A DNA stretch of 64,000 nucleotides from an uncultured Lysobacterales bacterium (GCA_937924405.1 CALDVW010000029.1:5390-69389); one strand, 5' to 3'; counted from the stretch's first letter, positions 10,451 through 20,518 are shown. Notes: generated from the sequence alone by a model not told the origin. Numbers and translations: made by a program.

Positions 10451-12249
10451 GGCATCCAGGTAATGGAAACAAACCAGGAGCGGCCGGCGGCGTTAAATCC
10501 GTAAGCCGGTTCATAGGCTTCGTCGGCCAGGTTGTCGCCCCTCAGCTCCAGTCGCCACGCGGGTGTAAATGCCCAGCCTGCGCGCAGATTCAAAAGGTGA
10601 TAACTATCCAGGATGATGCCGCCGAAATCGTTCCGTTTGCCCGAGTAAAACCATTCCAGCCCAATCCAGGAGCCGTTGGAGAAGCGCCGGTCCAGAGAGA
10701 TCGAGCCCTTTTCGTCCGGGCGTCTCAAAAGAGATTCTCCGGTAGCCCGGTCTTCGGTGCTTTGGAACGTCGCATTGGCATTGAGAATCCAGCCACCATG
10801 AGAGTAAGCGTACTCCAGTTCGAGGCCTTCGAGACGGGCTTCGTCGATATTGATCGCCTGGAAAAACTCGCCATTGAATGCGATCAGGTCTTCGACGTCC
10901 GTGCGATAGAGTGCCGCCGAAAACGTTCCTGCGGAGTCATGCTGCCAGCGCAAGCCGACTTCACCCGATGTTGAGGACTCAGGGTCCAGATCCGGGTTGC
11001 CGGCAAAAAGGCCGCCGAAGCCGGGCGAAAACTGTTCGCTGAGATTCGGCCCCCGAAAAGCAGAACCATAGCTTCCCATGACCTGCCAGGCTTCGCCAAT
11101 GTCATAACCCAAGGCAAGCTGGCCGGTGAATTTTTTACCGAAACGGCTGTTATCGTCCAGGCGCCCGGAAATCTGCAGGTGCAGTTGGTTCAGGTAGCGG
11201 TCATAGCTCGCGAAAATCCCGGCATTGTTTCGGCTTTCATTCCATGAGTCGGCCGATTGGCCTGTTTCGCGATAATAATCCAGGCCAAAACTAAGCTTGC
11301 CATCCTGCCCGGTATGCAGCTGATTTTGCCAACTGAATTCGTACCTTTTCGATTTGAACACCGTGCTGAAATATTCAAAATCGGTATCCAGATCATCACT
11401 GATATATCCGCCGAGCAGTTGGTAGTCCCAATCCTGGGAAAAGCTGCCATGAAATCCTGCCGAGGCAATAAACTGCTCTGTATCAGATACGCCCTGGTCG
11501 AATTCCGATTCACTGTCCAGCGCCAGCAGGCTGTACTGCCATTTGCCATAATCCGCCTGAGTGGATCCCTTTACGCCCAGGTTCACATTCCTGAAGCCGT
11601 CGTCGTCAGGGTGGTAACTGAAACCGTTCGGATTCTGGGCGGAAAAACCGTCTACATCACGATATCCGGCATTCACACTGATGCGCGTATTCTCGCCGGC
11701 ATAGCCCAGGCCGCCCTCGAACTCTCCCGTTCCGTAGCTCCCGGCGCTTATCCGGGCGTAAGGTTCGGGACTGCTCCGGGTGAAGACATGAATCACCCCG
11801 CCGATGGAATCTGATCCATACAGGCTGCCACGAGGCCCCCTGACGATTTCTATTCGCTCGACCTGGTTCAAGGGCAATTGTTCCCACACGTAGGCGCCGG
11901 TGTTGGCGGAGCTTACCCTGACGCCATCAATCAGCACCAATACGTGGTTGGAATTGCTGCCGCGCAGAAACACGCTGGTCTGGCTGCCCGGTCCGCCGGA
12001 ACGCACAATGTCCACACCGGGTTGTAAACGCAGCAATTCATACAAGTCTTCCGCGACTGACAGTTCGATATCCTCACGCGTGATCAGGCTGACTGCAGCC
12101 AGCGACTCACTCAACGATTCGACCATCCTCGATGGCGTTACCACCAGGTCCGGTTTGAGTTCGTAAGTATCGATTTCTTCGGCCTGTACCAGGCTGAAGT
12201 GAAGTAAGCCCGTCAATGACAGGATCAGAAAGTTGGTACCGGAGTTCAT
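10447..12249 (-). CDS. btuB: TonB-dependent vitamin B12 receptor
   Basis: Signal peptide, TonB box DLVVTPSR, plug and barrel, preceded by a cobalamin riboswitch. The internal ATG at 12249 was chosen (MNSGTNFLIL...) because it has GGAGGC 6 nt upstream; the track ORF extends into the riboswitch. Confidence 0.85.
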   Translation of the reverse strand: MNSGTNFLILSLTGLLHFSLVQAEEIDTYELKPDLVVTPSRMVESLSESLAAVSLITREDIELSVAEDLYELLRLQPGVDIVRSGGPGSQTSVFLRGSNSNHVLVLIDGVRVSSANTGAYVWEQLPLNQVERIEIVRGPRGSLYGSDSIGGVIHVFTRSSPEPYARISAGSYGTGEFEGGLGYAGENTRISVNAGYRDVDGFSAQNPNGFSYHPDDDGFRNVNLGVKGSTQADYGKWQYSLLALDSESEFDQGVSDTEQFIASAGFHGSFSQDWDYQLLGGYISDDLDTDFEYFSTVFKSKRYEFSWQNQLHTGQDGKLSFGLDYYRETGQSADSWNESRNNAGIFASYDRYLNQLHLQISGRLDDNSRFGKKFTGQLALGYDIGEAWQVMGSYGSAFRGPNLSEQFSPGFGGLFAGNPDLDPESSTSGEVGLRWQHDSAGTFSAALYRTDVEDLIAFNGEFFQAINIDEARLEGLELEYAYSHGGWILNANATFQSTEDRATGESLLRRPDEKGSISLDRRFSNGSWIGLEWFYSGKRNDFGGIILDSYHLLNLRAGWAFTPAWRLELRGDNLADEAYEPAYGFNAAGRSWFVSITWMP

Positions 12250-12349
12250 TTTGCCTCCATAGCGCACACCCGCGTCTGCAATGCGCTGCGGGGGATGGGC
12301 CGGGAGAAATCCACAGACCCAGGTTGCCCTCCGCAACGCGGTTACTGCG

Positions 12350-12545
12350 AACTCTGGGCCGGTCTCCGGACTTGCGAGTGGTCACCATGAGCTAATGGCT
12401 CCTTGCGGCGCCTTCCCACACTTCGTGCAGTGGCTTGAAGCCGCAAACGATCCGCCTGAAGCGGACCGGCTCGCTTACCGTTGCGGGGGCAGTGCCGGAC
12501 TTTAACCGGCTTCCCGTTTCACCCGGCAGACTCGAGGTATGATTC
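12350..12545 (-). promoter_or_regulatory. Cobalamin (adenosylcobalamin) riboswitch in the btuB leader
   Basis: The minus strand reads ...GGGTGAAACGGGAAGCCGGTTAAAGTCCGGCACTGCCCCCGCAACGGTAAG...AAGCCACTGCACGAAGTGTGGGAAGGCG...AAGTCCGGAGACCGGCC. This includes the conserved core and the B12 box (plus-strand 12358-12374). Confidence 0.85.
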
Positions 12546-12579
12546 ACCTGAACCTGTTTTTCCGGGCACCCAAAGCAAT

Positions 12580-12604
12580 GGCCCCGCCTGATTCAGGCGG
12601 GGCC
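12580..12604 (-). terminator. Probable intrinsic terminator of fadE
   Basis: An 11-bp GC-rich stem (GGCCCCGCCTG/CAGGCGGGGCC) with a 3-nt loop, 19 nt downstream of the fadE stop. On the minus strand it is followed by ATTGCTTTGGG, a weak U-tract. Confidence 0.45.
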
Positions 12605-12622
12605 AGAATTATAACCGTTAAA

Positions 12623-15091
12623 TCAGGCCGCGTGTTGCGTGTCGACCCTGGGACTGGATTTTCTGCCAAGGCGGAGTTCTTCGACATCGAAATCGTCGAC
12701 GGCGATGATCTCGGCGACGAGTTCCCGCACCCGGACCAGAATATCTACTTCTTCCTTGCTGAGAATCGACTTGTCGAGCGCATCCTTAACCTGGTCATTC
12801 CAGGTAATTCCGCTTATTTCTCCGTGTTTGAGTGCTTTGAGAAGTCTGCGTTCCAACGGTTCGGCGTGGATCACCTGTGGTAATGCCCGCTCCATGAAAC
12901 AAACCGGGTGATTGGAGGTCTCGGACATGAAAACACCGTGGGTCAGCCGGTCACGCGTGTCAGACGGCACCATCAGCAACTGGGCTACCCGGTGAGTCAA
13001 CCGGTCGCCCGGTGCTTTCTCGCGACGGCCGAAAGGAAAAACGACGAATCGCAGCATGAACCTCATGTAACGGTTCGGGAAATTGTCGACCACGAGACGC
13101 AATGCGCGTTGAGTCTTGTAAATTGAGCTGTGGAAGGCCCAGGCGAGGATGGCCTGGTCGGCGACTGGCCGGCCCTCTGATTCGTACCGTTTGAGCATGG
13201 CTGAACAGATATACAAATGGCTCAGTACATCGCCCAGGCGGGCTGAAATATGCTCTTTCTGTTTCAATTTGCCGCCCAGTGTCAGCATTGAGATATCGGA
13301 AACGAATGAAAGCGCAGCGGAATAACGGGACAGCTTCTTGTAGTACTTGGCCGTCTTGCGATCATGGGGCACCATGGCGAATTTGCCGAAACTCATTCCC
13401 AGCACCAGGGTTCTGACCGCATTCCTGATTGAATAACCCACATGAGAGAAAAGCAGATGATCGAAGAGATCAATGCGCTTGCCGGGGTTGTCAATCCTCG
13501 CGGCTTCCATTTCCTTCAGCACATAGGGGTGACAACGGATTGCCCCCTGGCCGAAAATCATCAGGTTGCGCGTCATGATGTTGGCGCCCTCGACCGTGAT
13601 TGAAACCGGGACGCCTTCCCAGCCGCGGCCGAGATAATTTCTGGGCCCCATGATCACGCCCTTGCCTCCATGCACATCCATGGCATCCCGAATCAGTTCC
13701 CGCGCCATTTCAGTCGTGTGGTACTTGGCTATCGCAGAGGGCACTGCCGGCTTTTCACCCAGGTCTACCGCGGTGGCTGTCATACGGGAGAGTGCGGAAG
13801 TTGCGTAGGCATTGGAGGCGATGCGCGCGAGCGCGGCCTCGATGCCTTCAAATCGCCCGATCGGCATGTTGAATTGCCTGCGAATCCGGGAATAGGCGCC
13901 GGTCGCCAGTGCCCCTACCTTGGCCCCGCCGGTTGAAGTCGAAGGCAGGGAAATTGCCCTTCCCACGGATAGGCATTCAACCAGCATCCGCCAGCCCTGG
14001 CCAGCCATCTCGATGCCACCGATCAATGACTCGAGGGGAACAAAGACGTCTTTACCAAGAATCGGCCCGTTTTGAAACGGGAGATTCAATGGCATGTGGC
14101 GGCGGCCGATTTCCATACCCTTGGTTCCGCGCGGGATCAGCGCAAGGCTGATTCCCATGTCTTCCTTTTCACCCAGCAGGCCTTCTGGATCGTACATTCT
14201 GAATGCGATGCCGATAATCGTCGCTACCGGCGCCAGTGTGATGTATCGCTTGTCGAAATTCATGCGAATTCCAAGGACTTCCTTACCCTTGTATTTCCCT
14301 TTGCAAACGAAACCATGATCTGGAATGGAGGTCGCGTCAGACCCGGCAGTAGGGCCGGTCAGTCCAAAGCAGGGAATTTCTTCGCCCCGCGCCAGGCGTG
14401 GCAGAAAGTGATTTTTCTGCTCTTCGGTCCCGTAATGCAACAGCAGTTCGCCCGGCCCGAGGGAATTGGGTACAGCGACGGTCGACGCGGCCACTGCGCA
14501 AACCGAGGATAATTTCTGTAATACAGCGCGGTGCGCCATGGCAGAGAAACCCAGGCCGCCATATTCCTTGGGAATTATCAGTCCGAAGAAACGATTGCGC
14601 TTCAAAAACTCCCAGGTTTCCGGGTTGAGGTCGGCATCATTGTGGGTAATTTCCCACGAATTCAGCATGTGGCAGAGTTCCTCGACCGGACCATCGATGA
14701 AAGCCTGTTCTTCAACAGTCAGCGCCAGATAGGGTTGCTTCTTCAGGATCTTCCAGTCCGGCTTGCCGGCAAACAGTTCCCCTTCCCAACCGACTGTGCC
14801 TGCATCGAGCGCAACCTGCTCGGTTTCTGAGATTTCGGGGAGCATGCGCCTGAACTGCCGGAGGAAGGGTGTACTGATTAATTGCTGGCGCCAGGGCCTG
14901 ACATTCAATGGAATGGCTATCATTGCGAATATTGCAGTGATTACAATCAAGGGGACAAGCGGTATGGAACCGGTGGCTGCCAACACCACGATTGCCGCAG
15001 ACATCGCGGCACTCCACATCAGGAGGCCGGTGCCATAAAAAGCGCAAGCCAGTGAAATACCCAACAACGTCAAGAGCAATAACCAGGTCAT
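12623..15091 (-). CDS. fadE: Large acyl-CoA dehydrogenase (FadE type)
   Basis: 822 aa. The hydrophobic N-terminus, acyl-CoA dehydrogenase core and long C-terminal extension match the architecture of E. coli FadE. Confidence 0.9.
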   Translation of the reverse strand: MTWLLLLTLLGISLACAFYGTGLLMWSAAMSAAIVVLAATGSIPLVPLIVITAIFAMIAIPLNVRPWRQQLISTPFLRQFRRMLPEISETEQVALDAGTVGWEGELFAGKPDWKILKKQPYLALTVEEQAFIDGPVEELCHMLNSWEITHNDADLNPETWEFLKRNRFFGLIIPKEYGGLGFSAMAHRAVLQKLSSVCAVAASTVAVPNSLGPGELLLHYGTEEQKNHFLPRLARGEEIPCFGLTGPTAGSDATSIPDHGFVCKGKYKGKEVLGIRMNFDKRYITLAPVATIIGIAFRMYDPEGLLGEKEDMGISLALIPRGTKGMEIGRRHMPLNLPFQNGPILGKDVFVPLESLIGGIEMAGQGWRMLVECLSVGRAISLPSTSTGGAKVGALATGAYSRIRRQFNMPIGRFEGIEAALARIASNAYATSALSRMTATAVDLGEKPAVPSAIAKYHTTEMARELIRDAMDVHGGKGVIMGPRNYLGRGWEGVPVSITVEGANIMTRNLMIFGQGAIRCHPYVLKEMEAARIDNPGKRIDLFDHLLFSHVGYSIRNAVRTLVLGMSFGKFAMVPHDRKTAKYYKKLSRYSAALSFVSDISMLTLGGKLKQKEHISARLGDVLSHLYICSAMLKRYESEGRPVADQAILAWAFHSSIYKTQRALRLVVDNFPNRYMRFMLRFVVFPFGRREKAPGDRLTHRVAQLLMVPSDTRDRLTHGVFMSETSNHPVCFMERALPQVIHAEPLERRLLKALKHGEISGITWNDQVKDALDKSILSKEEVDILVRVRELVAEIIAVDDFDVEELRLGRKSSPRVDTQHAA

Positions 15092-15147
15092 GAAATCTCT
15101 CCAGTTTCGCGCCGGTCACGATGACATGAACCGGTCATGATAATGTA

Positions 15148-15167
15148 TCCATACGCCAGAGTATGGA
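15148..15167. promoter_or_regulatory. Inverted repeat TCCATAC-N6-GTATGGA, a candidate TetR operator in the fadE/tetR divergent region
   Basis: A perfect 7-bp inverted repeat between divergent fadE and a TetR-family gene. Confidence 0.3.
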
Positions 15168-15257
15168 AAACCTTTTGAAACATGTCAATACATGCGTAAT
15201 TTGACTACAAAAGCGGTACACTTGGCGGCAGTCAAAATCTTGGAGTTCGAAGCCCGG

Positions 15258-15836
15258 ATGAGCCCTGCGAAAAAAAATGAAAGAAATACCCTTTCGGCGG
15301 AGGACTGGGAAAGGGAAGCGCTCGAACTGATAGCGGAGCAGGGTGTCCAGGCCCTCGCCGTTGAGCCGCTGGCACGCCGGATGGGAATTACAAAAGGAAG
15401 CTTCTATTGGCATTTTTCAGGGCGTGAATCGTTGCTGGAACAGGCCCTGCAGCGTTGGGAAGAACACGACGGGCGCAACCTCAACCAGGCCCTGGGAGAA
15501 ATTGACCAGCCCCGTGATCGCCTGGTTTCATTTTTCCGCAGAGTAGGCAAGGAAAAACTCACCCACGAGGTCTACAGCGAACTGTGTGCAGCGGCCGGCC
15601 ATCCACAGGTCGAGCCGGTGCTCGAGCGCGTTGCAAACAGGCGAATGAAACACCTGTCTTCAGCTTTCGAGGAGTTGGGCCTGGACCCCGTCAATGCCCG
15701 TTATCAGGCCAGGTTGACGTATTCCGTCTATCTCGGGTTCCTGCAGCTTCAGCGGCAGCACCAGACCCCGAGCCTGAGCAGCGAAGAGTTCGAAGCTTAT
15801 ATTGAGCATGTGATTCGAACGCTTATTCCATCCTGA
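15258..15836 (+). CDS. TetR/AcrR-family transcriptional regulator
   Basis: N-terminal HTH ...LARRMGITKGSFYWHF... The start at 15258 gives a normal N-terminal length; the ATG at 15192 is also possible. Confidence 0.8.
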   Translation: MSPAKKNERNTLSAEDWEREALELIAEQGVQALAVEPLARRMGITKGSFYWHFSGRESLLEQALQRWEEHDGRNLNQALGEIDQPRDRLVSFFRRVGKEKLTHEVYSELCAAAGHPQVEPVLERVANRRMKHLSSAFEELGLDPVNARYQARLTYSVYLGFLQLQRQHQTPSLSSEEFEAYIEHVIRTLIPS

Positions 15837-15961
15837 ATCGGTTATTGTTGATCTGCTCATGGACTGATTTGGCTCATTGTATTGTTGAAGGACAGAGATT
15901 ATTTTTCATCACGAACCTGTGAGCCGGGATTTTGGCGCCAACTTTATTGCGAGGTAAAAAC

Positions 15962-17707
15962 GTGACCACCAACCAAGAATTGAAAACGTGGATTGACCAG
16001 GTAGCCGGGTTGACCCAGCCCGATAAAATCGTCTGGTGCAACGGCTCTGATTCGGAATACAGGGACATGGTTGAATTGCTTAAATCAAGCGGTGGTTTTA
16101 TTGAGCTGAACCCGGAAACACACCCTCGTTGTTACCTGCATCGTTCTGATCCGTCTGACGTGGCACGGGTCGAACATCTGACCTTTGTATGCACTTCCGA
16201 CAAGGAAGAAGCCGGTCCCAATAACAACTGGATGGCGCCCGGCGAGGCCAGGGCGAAGATGAGGGAACTCTATTCCGGTTGCATGGCGGGCCGGACCATG
16301 TATGTCATTCCATACTGCATGGGACCCATCGATTCGCCGTTGTCCCGTTGCGGGGTCGAAGTGACTGATAGCCCTTACGTCGTCGCCAATATGAAACTGA
16401 TGACCCGCATGGGCGATGGCGCCTTGCGTCGTATCGAGCGCGAAGGGACCTTCATCAAGGGCCTGCACTCCATTGGAAGCCTCGACCCCAACCGGCGGTT
16501 TATCATGCATTTCCCCGAGGATCTCGAAATTCAGAGTTTCGGTTCCGGTTACGGCGGCAATGCCCTGCTGGGCAAGAAATGTCACGCCTTGCGTATCGCA
16601 AGCTACCAGGCCCGGACAGAAGGTTGGCTGGCCGAGCACATGCTGATTTTGGGCCTCGAGAACCCCCAGGGGGAAACACATTACGTAGCAGCAGCTTTTC
16701 CATCTGCGTGCGGAAAAACCAATCTTGCGATGTTGATTCCGCCGGAAACCTACAAGGGCTGGAAGGTGTGGACGGTTGGTGATGATATTTGCTGGATGCG
16801 CATAGGGGAAGACGGGCGCATGTGGGCGATCAATCCGGAGGCCGGGTTTTTCGGAGTCGCGCCCGGAACGGCCGAGAATACAAACCCCAATGCACTGGCA
16901 ATGCTGGACCATGATGCAATTTTCACCAACGTCGCTGTTACGGAAGACAATCAGCCCTGGTGGGAAGGCCTGGATGACCGGGTACCAGTCACCGACTGGC
17001 GCGGCAATCCGTATGATCCTGAAAATGGCCCGGCGGCGCACCCCAATTCCAGATTCACGGTGCACATGTCACAATGCCCGTCCTATTCAGACCAGGCAGA
17101 AGCCCCCGCGGGTGTCCCCATTTCAGCCATCGTGTTCGGCGGACGCCGCGAGCGCCTGGTGCCCCTGGTTATGGAAAGCCAGTCCTGGAACCATGGTGTT
17201 CTGCTGGGTGCGGCCATGGCTTCTGAAACCACAGCCGCCAACATCGACGCAGTAGGCGTGGTTCGCCGCGACCCGATGGCGATGAAGCCCTTTTGCGGCT
17301 ACAACTTTGCCGACTACTGGGCTCACTGGCTGAGTTTTTCAGATAACTCGGAGAAATTACCGAAAATCTTTCATGTCAACTGGTTCCGCAAGGATGAGAA
17401 TGGCAAGTTCATGTGGCCCGGATTTGGCGAGAATATGCGGGTTCTGGAGTGGATCGTCAAACGCAGCCAGGGTGAAGTGGAATGTGTCGATACTCCCATT
17501 GGCAAGATGCCGGAAGAATCGGGATTGAATCTCGACGGAATCGACGTACCGGCCCAGACCATGCAAGCACTGCTCGAAGTCGACACGAATGCCTGGGTAA
17601 ATGAGATTTCAGAAATCGGCGATTACCTGGACAGCTTTGGCGAGCGAACGCCCCCCGCCATCAAGGCGGAACAGGCCAGGGTGGCCGCGGCATTGGCCAA
17701 CAGCTGA
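15962..17707 (+). CDS. pckG: Phosphoenolpyruvate carboxykinase (GTP-dependent)
   Basis: Motifs ...RSDPSDVARVE..., P-loop ...FPSACGKTNLAM... and ...GDDICWMR... A GTG start at 15962 follows GAGG; the TTG start of the track ORF at 15932 is less likely. Confidence 0.9.
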   Translation: MTTNQELKTWIDQVAGLTQPDKIVWCNGSDSEYRDMVELLKSSGGFIELNPETHPRCYLHRSDPSDVARVEHLTFVCTSDKEEAGPNNNWMAPGEARAKMRELYSGCMAGRTMYVIPYCMGPIDSPLSRCGVEVTDSPYVVANMKLMTRMGDGALRRIEREGTFIKGLHSIGSLDPNRRFIMHFPEDLEIQSFGSGYGGNALLGKKCHALRIASYQARTEGWLAEHMLILGLENPQGETHYVAAAFPSACGKTNLAMLIPPETYKGWKVWTVGDDICWMRIGEDGRMWAINPEAGFFGVAPGTAENTNPNALAMLDHDAIFTNVAVTEDNQPWWEGLDDRVPVTDWRGNPYDPENGPAAHPNSRFTVHMSQCPSYSDQAEAPAGVPISAIVFGGRRERLVPLVMESQSWNHGVLLGAAMASETTAANIDAVGVVRRDPMAMKPFCGYNFADYWAHWLSFSDNSEKLPKIFHVNWFRKDENGKFMWPGFGENMRVLEWIVKRSQGEVECVDTPIGKMPEESGLNLDGIDVPAQTMQALLEVDTNAWVNEISEIGDYLDSFGERTPPAIKAEQARVAAALANS

Positions 17708-17864
17708 CGAAATTGCAGTGAGGGGCAGGTTAGGCACCCAGCCCAATCTTCCCTCTTGAGCGTATGGCAGAACAGAAAACTGCAGCAGTTTAGTTGACAA
17801 CTATCTCTGAATTGGGCCAAAAGTGGCCATCCGTGATCCTGAAAAACTGACGCTCAGCCTGGTG

Positions 17865-19592
17865 TCAGTTATCTCGCTCGTAGACGACTTCACCATTAAA
17901 AATCGTCTTCTGCACTTCCGTTTCACTGATGCTGGTCTCAGGAATTTCCAACGGGTTGTGATTCAGGATGATCATGTCGGCATATTTCCCTACTTCGATC
18001 GATCCCGTGACGTCTTCCTGCATCATGGCGATGGCCCCGTTGATGGTCAGCGTTCGAATACCGGTTTCGAGGTCGATGCCTTCGCCAAGTTTGGCGCCGG
18101 AGTTTGTCTTGGGATCTATTCGGGTCAGCATCGCCTCGAGCCCTCGCCAGGGATCAGAATCCGGTGTTCCGGCAGGCCAGTCGCTACCGAATACCACGGT
18201 GGCACCTGCATCCACGAACTCTTTAATTGGTTGCCAGCGGGTATAGCGTTCCTCACCAATATATTTGACTGCCAAACCCCCAAGTCCGGTTGGATGCCAC
18301 AGCACAGGTGAAAATTCGGCAATGACGTTCAATTCCTTGAAACGCGGAATGTCGTTTTTGTCCACAATCATCAGGTGGCCGATATGGTGCACCAATTCCT
18401 GATTACCGTCCTCGGCGCGCGCTTCTTCAATGACATCAAGAACACTGCGTATCGTGCCGTCCGACGTGGCGTGCATTCGGGTTTGGATACCATCGAGATG
18501 CGCCTGTTTGATCCGTTCAAACTGAGCTTCACCAATAGTTATCTCCCCATGAGTGCTTGGGTCGTCGGTGTAAGGCTCGACAAGCAATGCGGTCTTGCTC
18601 AGTGGCGTGCCGTCTGCCCAGTATTTCAGGTTTATGTCGATTAATGCTGTATCCAGTTCGGCATGCCGTGCGAGAACCGACTCAGATTCAGGCGCGGTTG
18701 TTTGTTCGGCCTGATAATCGTTCAAAGGCACCGAGGCATCCACTCTCATGTTGAGCTTGCCTTCTGATTCAAGCCGCCGGTAGGCTTCCAACGCATTTGG
18801 ACCAACGGCCATGTCCACAATCGAAGTAGTCCCGTAAGCGCGGATTTGGTCCAACGCCCGGCTGATCCCGCGATAGTTGGCATCCACATCTGGTCGGTTG
18901 ACGAGTTTTCCGACAAATTCCATCCCGGTTTCAGACAAATATCCTGTCGGCTCTCCCGTGTCGGGGTCGCGGTCGATTGTTCCAAACTCTGGGTCGGGCG
19001 TGTCCTTGGTAATCCCGGCAAGCTCTAATGCGGCTGAGTTTACAACCGCATTGTGTCCGGTTTCATCGATCAGATATATTGCACGGTTCGGGAAGTGCGG
19101 GTCGAGCCAATCTTTGGTCGCCTTTCCGCCCGGAAAACTACTGGCTGACCATTTTTGCCCGCGAATAACCTCCAGTTCCGGATTTGCCTCGGCAAATTTT
19201 TTTACGAGGACAATAATCTCGTCCGGCGAGGTGGATTCAGGGAAAAGTAACTCACCAGCTTCCTCAAACGTATAAACCAGAGATGGGTGCACGTGGCTGT
19301 CGTGGAGGCCGGGCATGGCAAAATCACCTTCAAGGTCGATCAACCTGGTTTTGTCACCGACCAGCGCCTCAATTTCGGCGTTGCTTCCCACAGCGGCAAA
19401 CTTGCCACCGGCGATCGCCACCGCTTCTACCCAGGGTTGGGCCTCATTGACAGTGTAAATTCTGCCGTTGATGTAGACGGTGTCAGCGACAAAGTCCCCG
19501 GAACCGACTACGGTTGGTGCTCCTGCTTGATCGCCGTCAAAACAGGCAGTGAGAAACATGAGGGATACGACGGAGAATGCTATTCTTGGCAT
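17865..19592 (-). CDS. Amidohydrolase-family metal-dependent hydrolase (YtcJ-like), probable lipoprotein
   Basis: Motif ...GLHDSHVHP... and overall amidohydrolase_3-like layout. The internal start MPRIAFSVVSLMFLTAC gives a lipobox; the ATG at 19649 is an alternative. Confidence 0.75.
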   Translation of the reverse strand: MPRIAFSVVSLMFLTACFDGDQAGAPTVVGSGDFVADTVYINGRIYTVNEAQPWVEAVAIAGGKFAAVGSNAEIEALVGDKTRLIDLEGDFAMPGLHDSHVHPSLVYTFEEAGELLFPESTSPDEIIVLVKKFAEANPELEVIRGQKWSASSFPGGKATKDWLDPHFPNRAIYLIDETGHNAVVNSAALELAGITKDTPDPEFGTIDRDPDTGEPTGYLSETGMEFVGKLVNRPDVDANYRGISRALDQIRAYGTTSIVDMAVGPNALEAYRRLESEGKLNMRVDASVPLNDYQAEQTTAPESESVLARHAELDTALIDINLKYWADGTPLSKTALLVEPYTDDPSTHGEITIGEAQFERIKQAHLDGIQTRMHATSDGTIRSVLDVIEEARAEDGNQELVHHIGHLMIVDKNDIPRFKELNVIAEFSPVLWHPTGLGGLAVKYIGEERYTRWQPIKEFVDAGATVVFGSDWPAGTPDSDPWRGLEAMLTRIDPKTNSGAKLGEGIDLETGIRTLTINGAIAMMQEDVTGSIEVGKYADMIILNHNPLEIPETSISETEVQKTIFNGEVVYERDN

Positions 19593-19975
19593 GGCAAGCG
19601 GCTCGTTGTTGTAAATTGTGAACGCATCAGTATAGATGCGAGAAGCCATGTTTCAAGTAAGAACACTGTGAAGCTATTCATTTCTTTCTTCATGACCGGA
19701 TGTACTCGCAGTCGGATGCGGACCATGTTGCTCTTGCAAAGAGAAATTCCGCTACTCAGCGCATAGCAGAACCCCCCTGATCGTAAATTTCACGGAGGTT
19801 AACTTCCCGGTTCGGACACAAGCGAAACTGGCCGGCACCAGATTCCAGCGGATCCAACACCACACGGATCTAACCGCCCCGCCCCAGAAGGCGTCGACGA
19901 CACCGTCAATCACCAGCAGGTGTGTGGCGGCAACGGGTGGTCGGTGTCGGGCAAAATTGGAGCTATAATTGCGCG

Positions 19976-20518
19976 GTGAATCATCGCGCTGGATTACCGC
20001 ATTTGGAGACGGAACGGCTACAGCTACGCTGGCTGACCGAGGATGATGCCGACTTGATGCTGGCGATCTGGAACGATCCGGATTTTGTCCGCTTTGTCGG
20101 TGATCGGGGTGTGCGGACTTTGGACGAGGCACGCGATGCCCTGCGCAATGGAATTCTGCAACTGTACCGTGATTTCGGGTTTGGCCCGTACCGTTTGGCG
20201 TTAAGCGGTTCGGACGAAGCAATGGGGATCTGTGGTCTTTTCAAACGCGACAATCTTGAGTATCCGGATATTGGATATGGCTTATTGCCGGCGTATTGTG
20301 GCAGCGGGTATGCGTTCGAGGCAGCCCAGGCAGTGGCTGAGCATGCGCGGGAGCATATGAAAGTGGCGATGCTCTATGCCATCGTCAGCGCGGAAAACAC
20401 TCGCTCAGTGCACCTGTTGGAGAAACTGGGCATGGTCGCCGGTGGCCCGATCAGAATGCCTGGAGAGGATGCAGATGTCATTCTCTTCAGCGTCGATTAT
20501 GGTAGCTCCGACATTTAG
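19976..20518 (+). CDS. GNAT N-acetyltransferase (RimJ/RimL-like)
   Basis: ...LETERLQLRWLTEDDADLM... is typical of RimJ-type GNATs. The start is uncertain: GTG at 19976, 5 nt after TATAAT, or GTG at 19922. Confidence 0.7.
   Translation: MNHRAGLPHLETERLQLRWLTEDDADLMLAIWNDPDFVRFVGDRGVRTLDEARDALRNGILQLYRDFGFGPYRLALSGSDEAMGICGLFKRDNLEYPDIGYGLLPAYCGSGYAFEAAQAVAEHAREHMKVAMLYAIVSAENTRSVHLLEKLGMVAGGPIRMPGEDADVILFSVDYGSSDI

Noticed and set aside
12539-12883. 114-aa plus-strand ORF spanning the btuB promoter region and the 3' end of fadE
   Set aside because: It overlaps the fadE C-terminus antisense and the fadE terminator hairpin, and has no motifs. It is most likely spurious.
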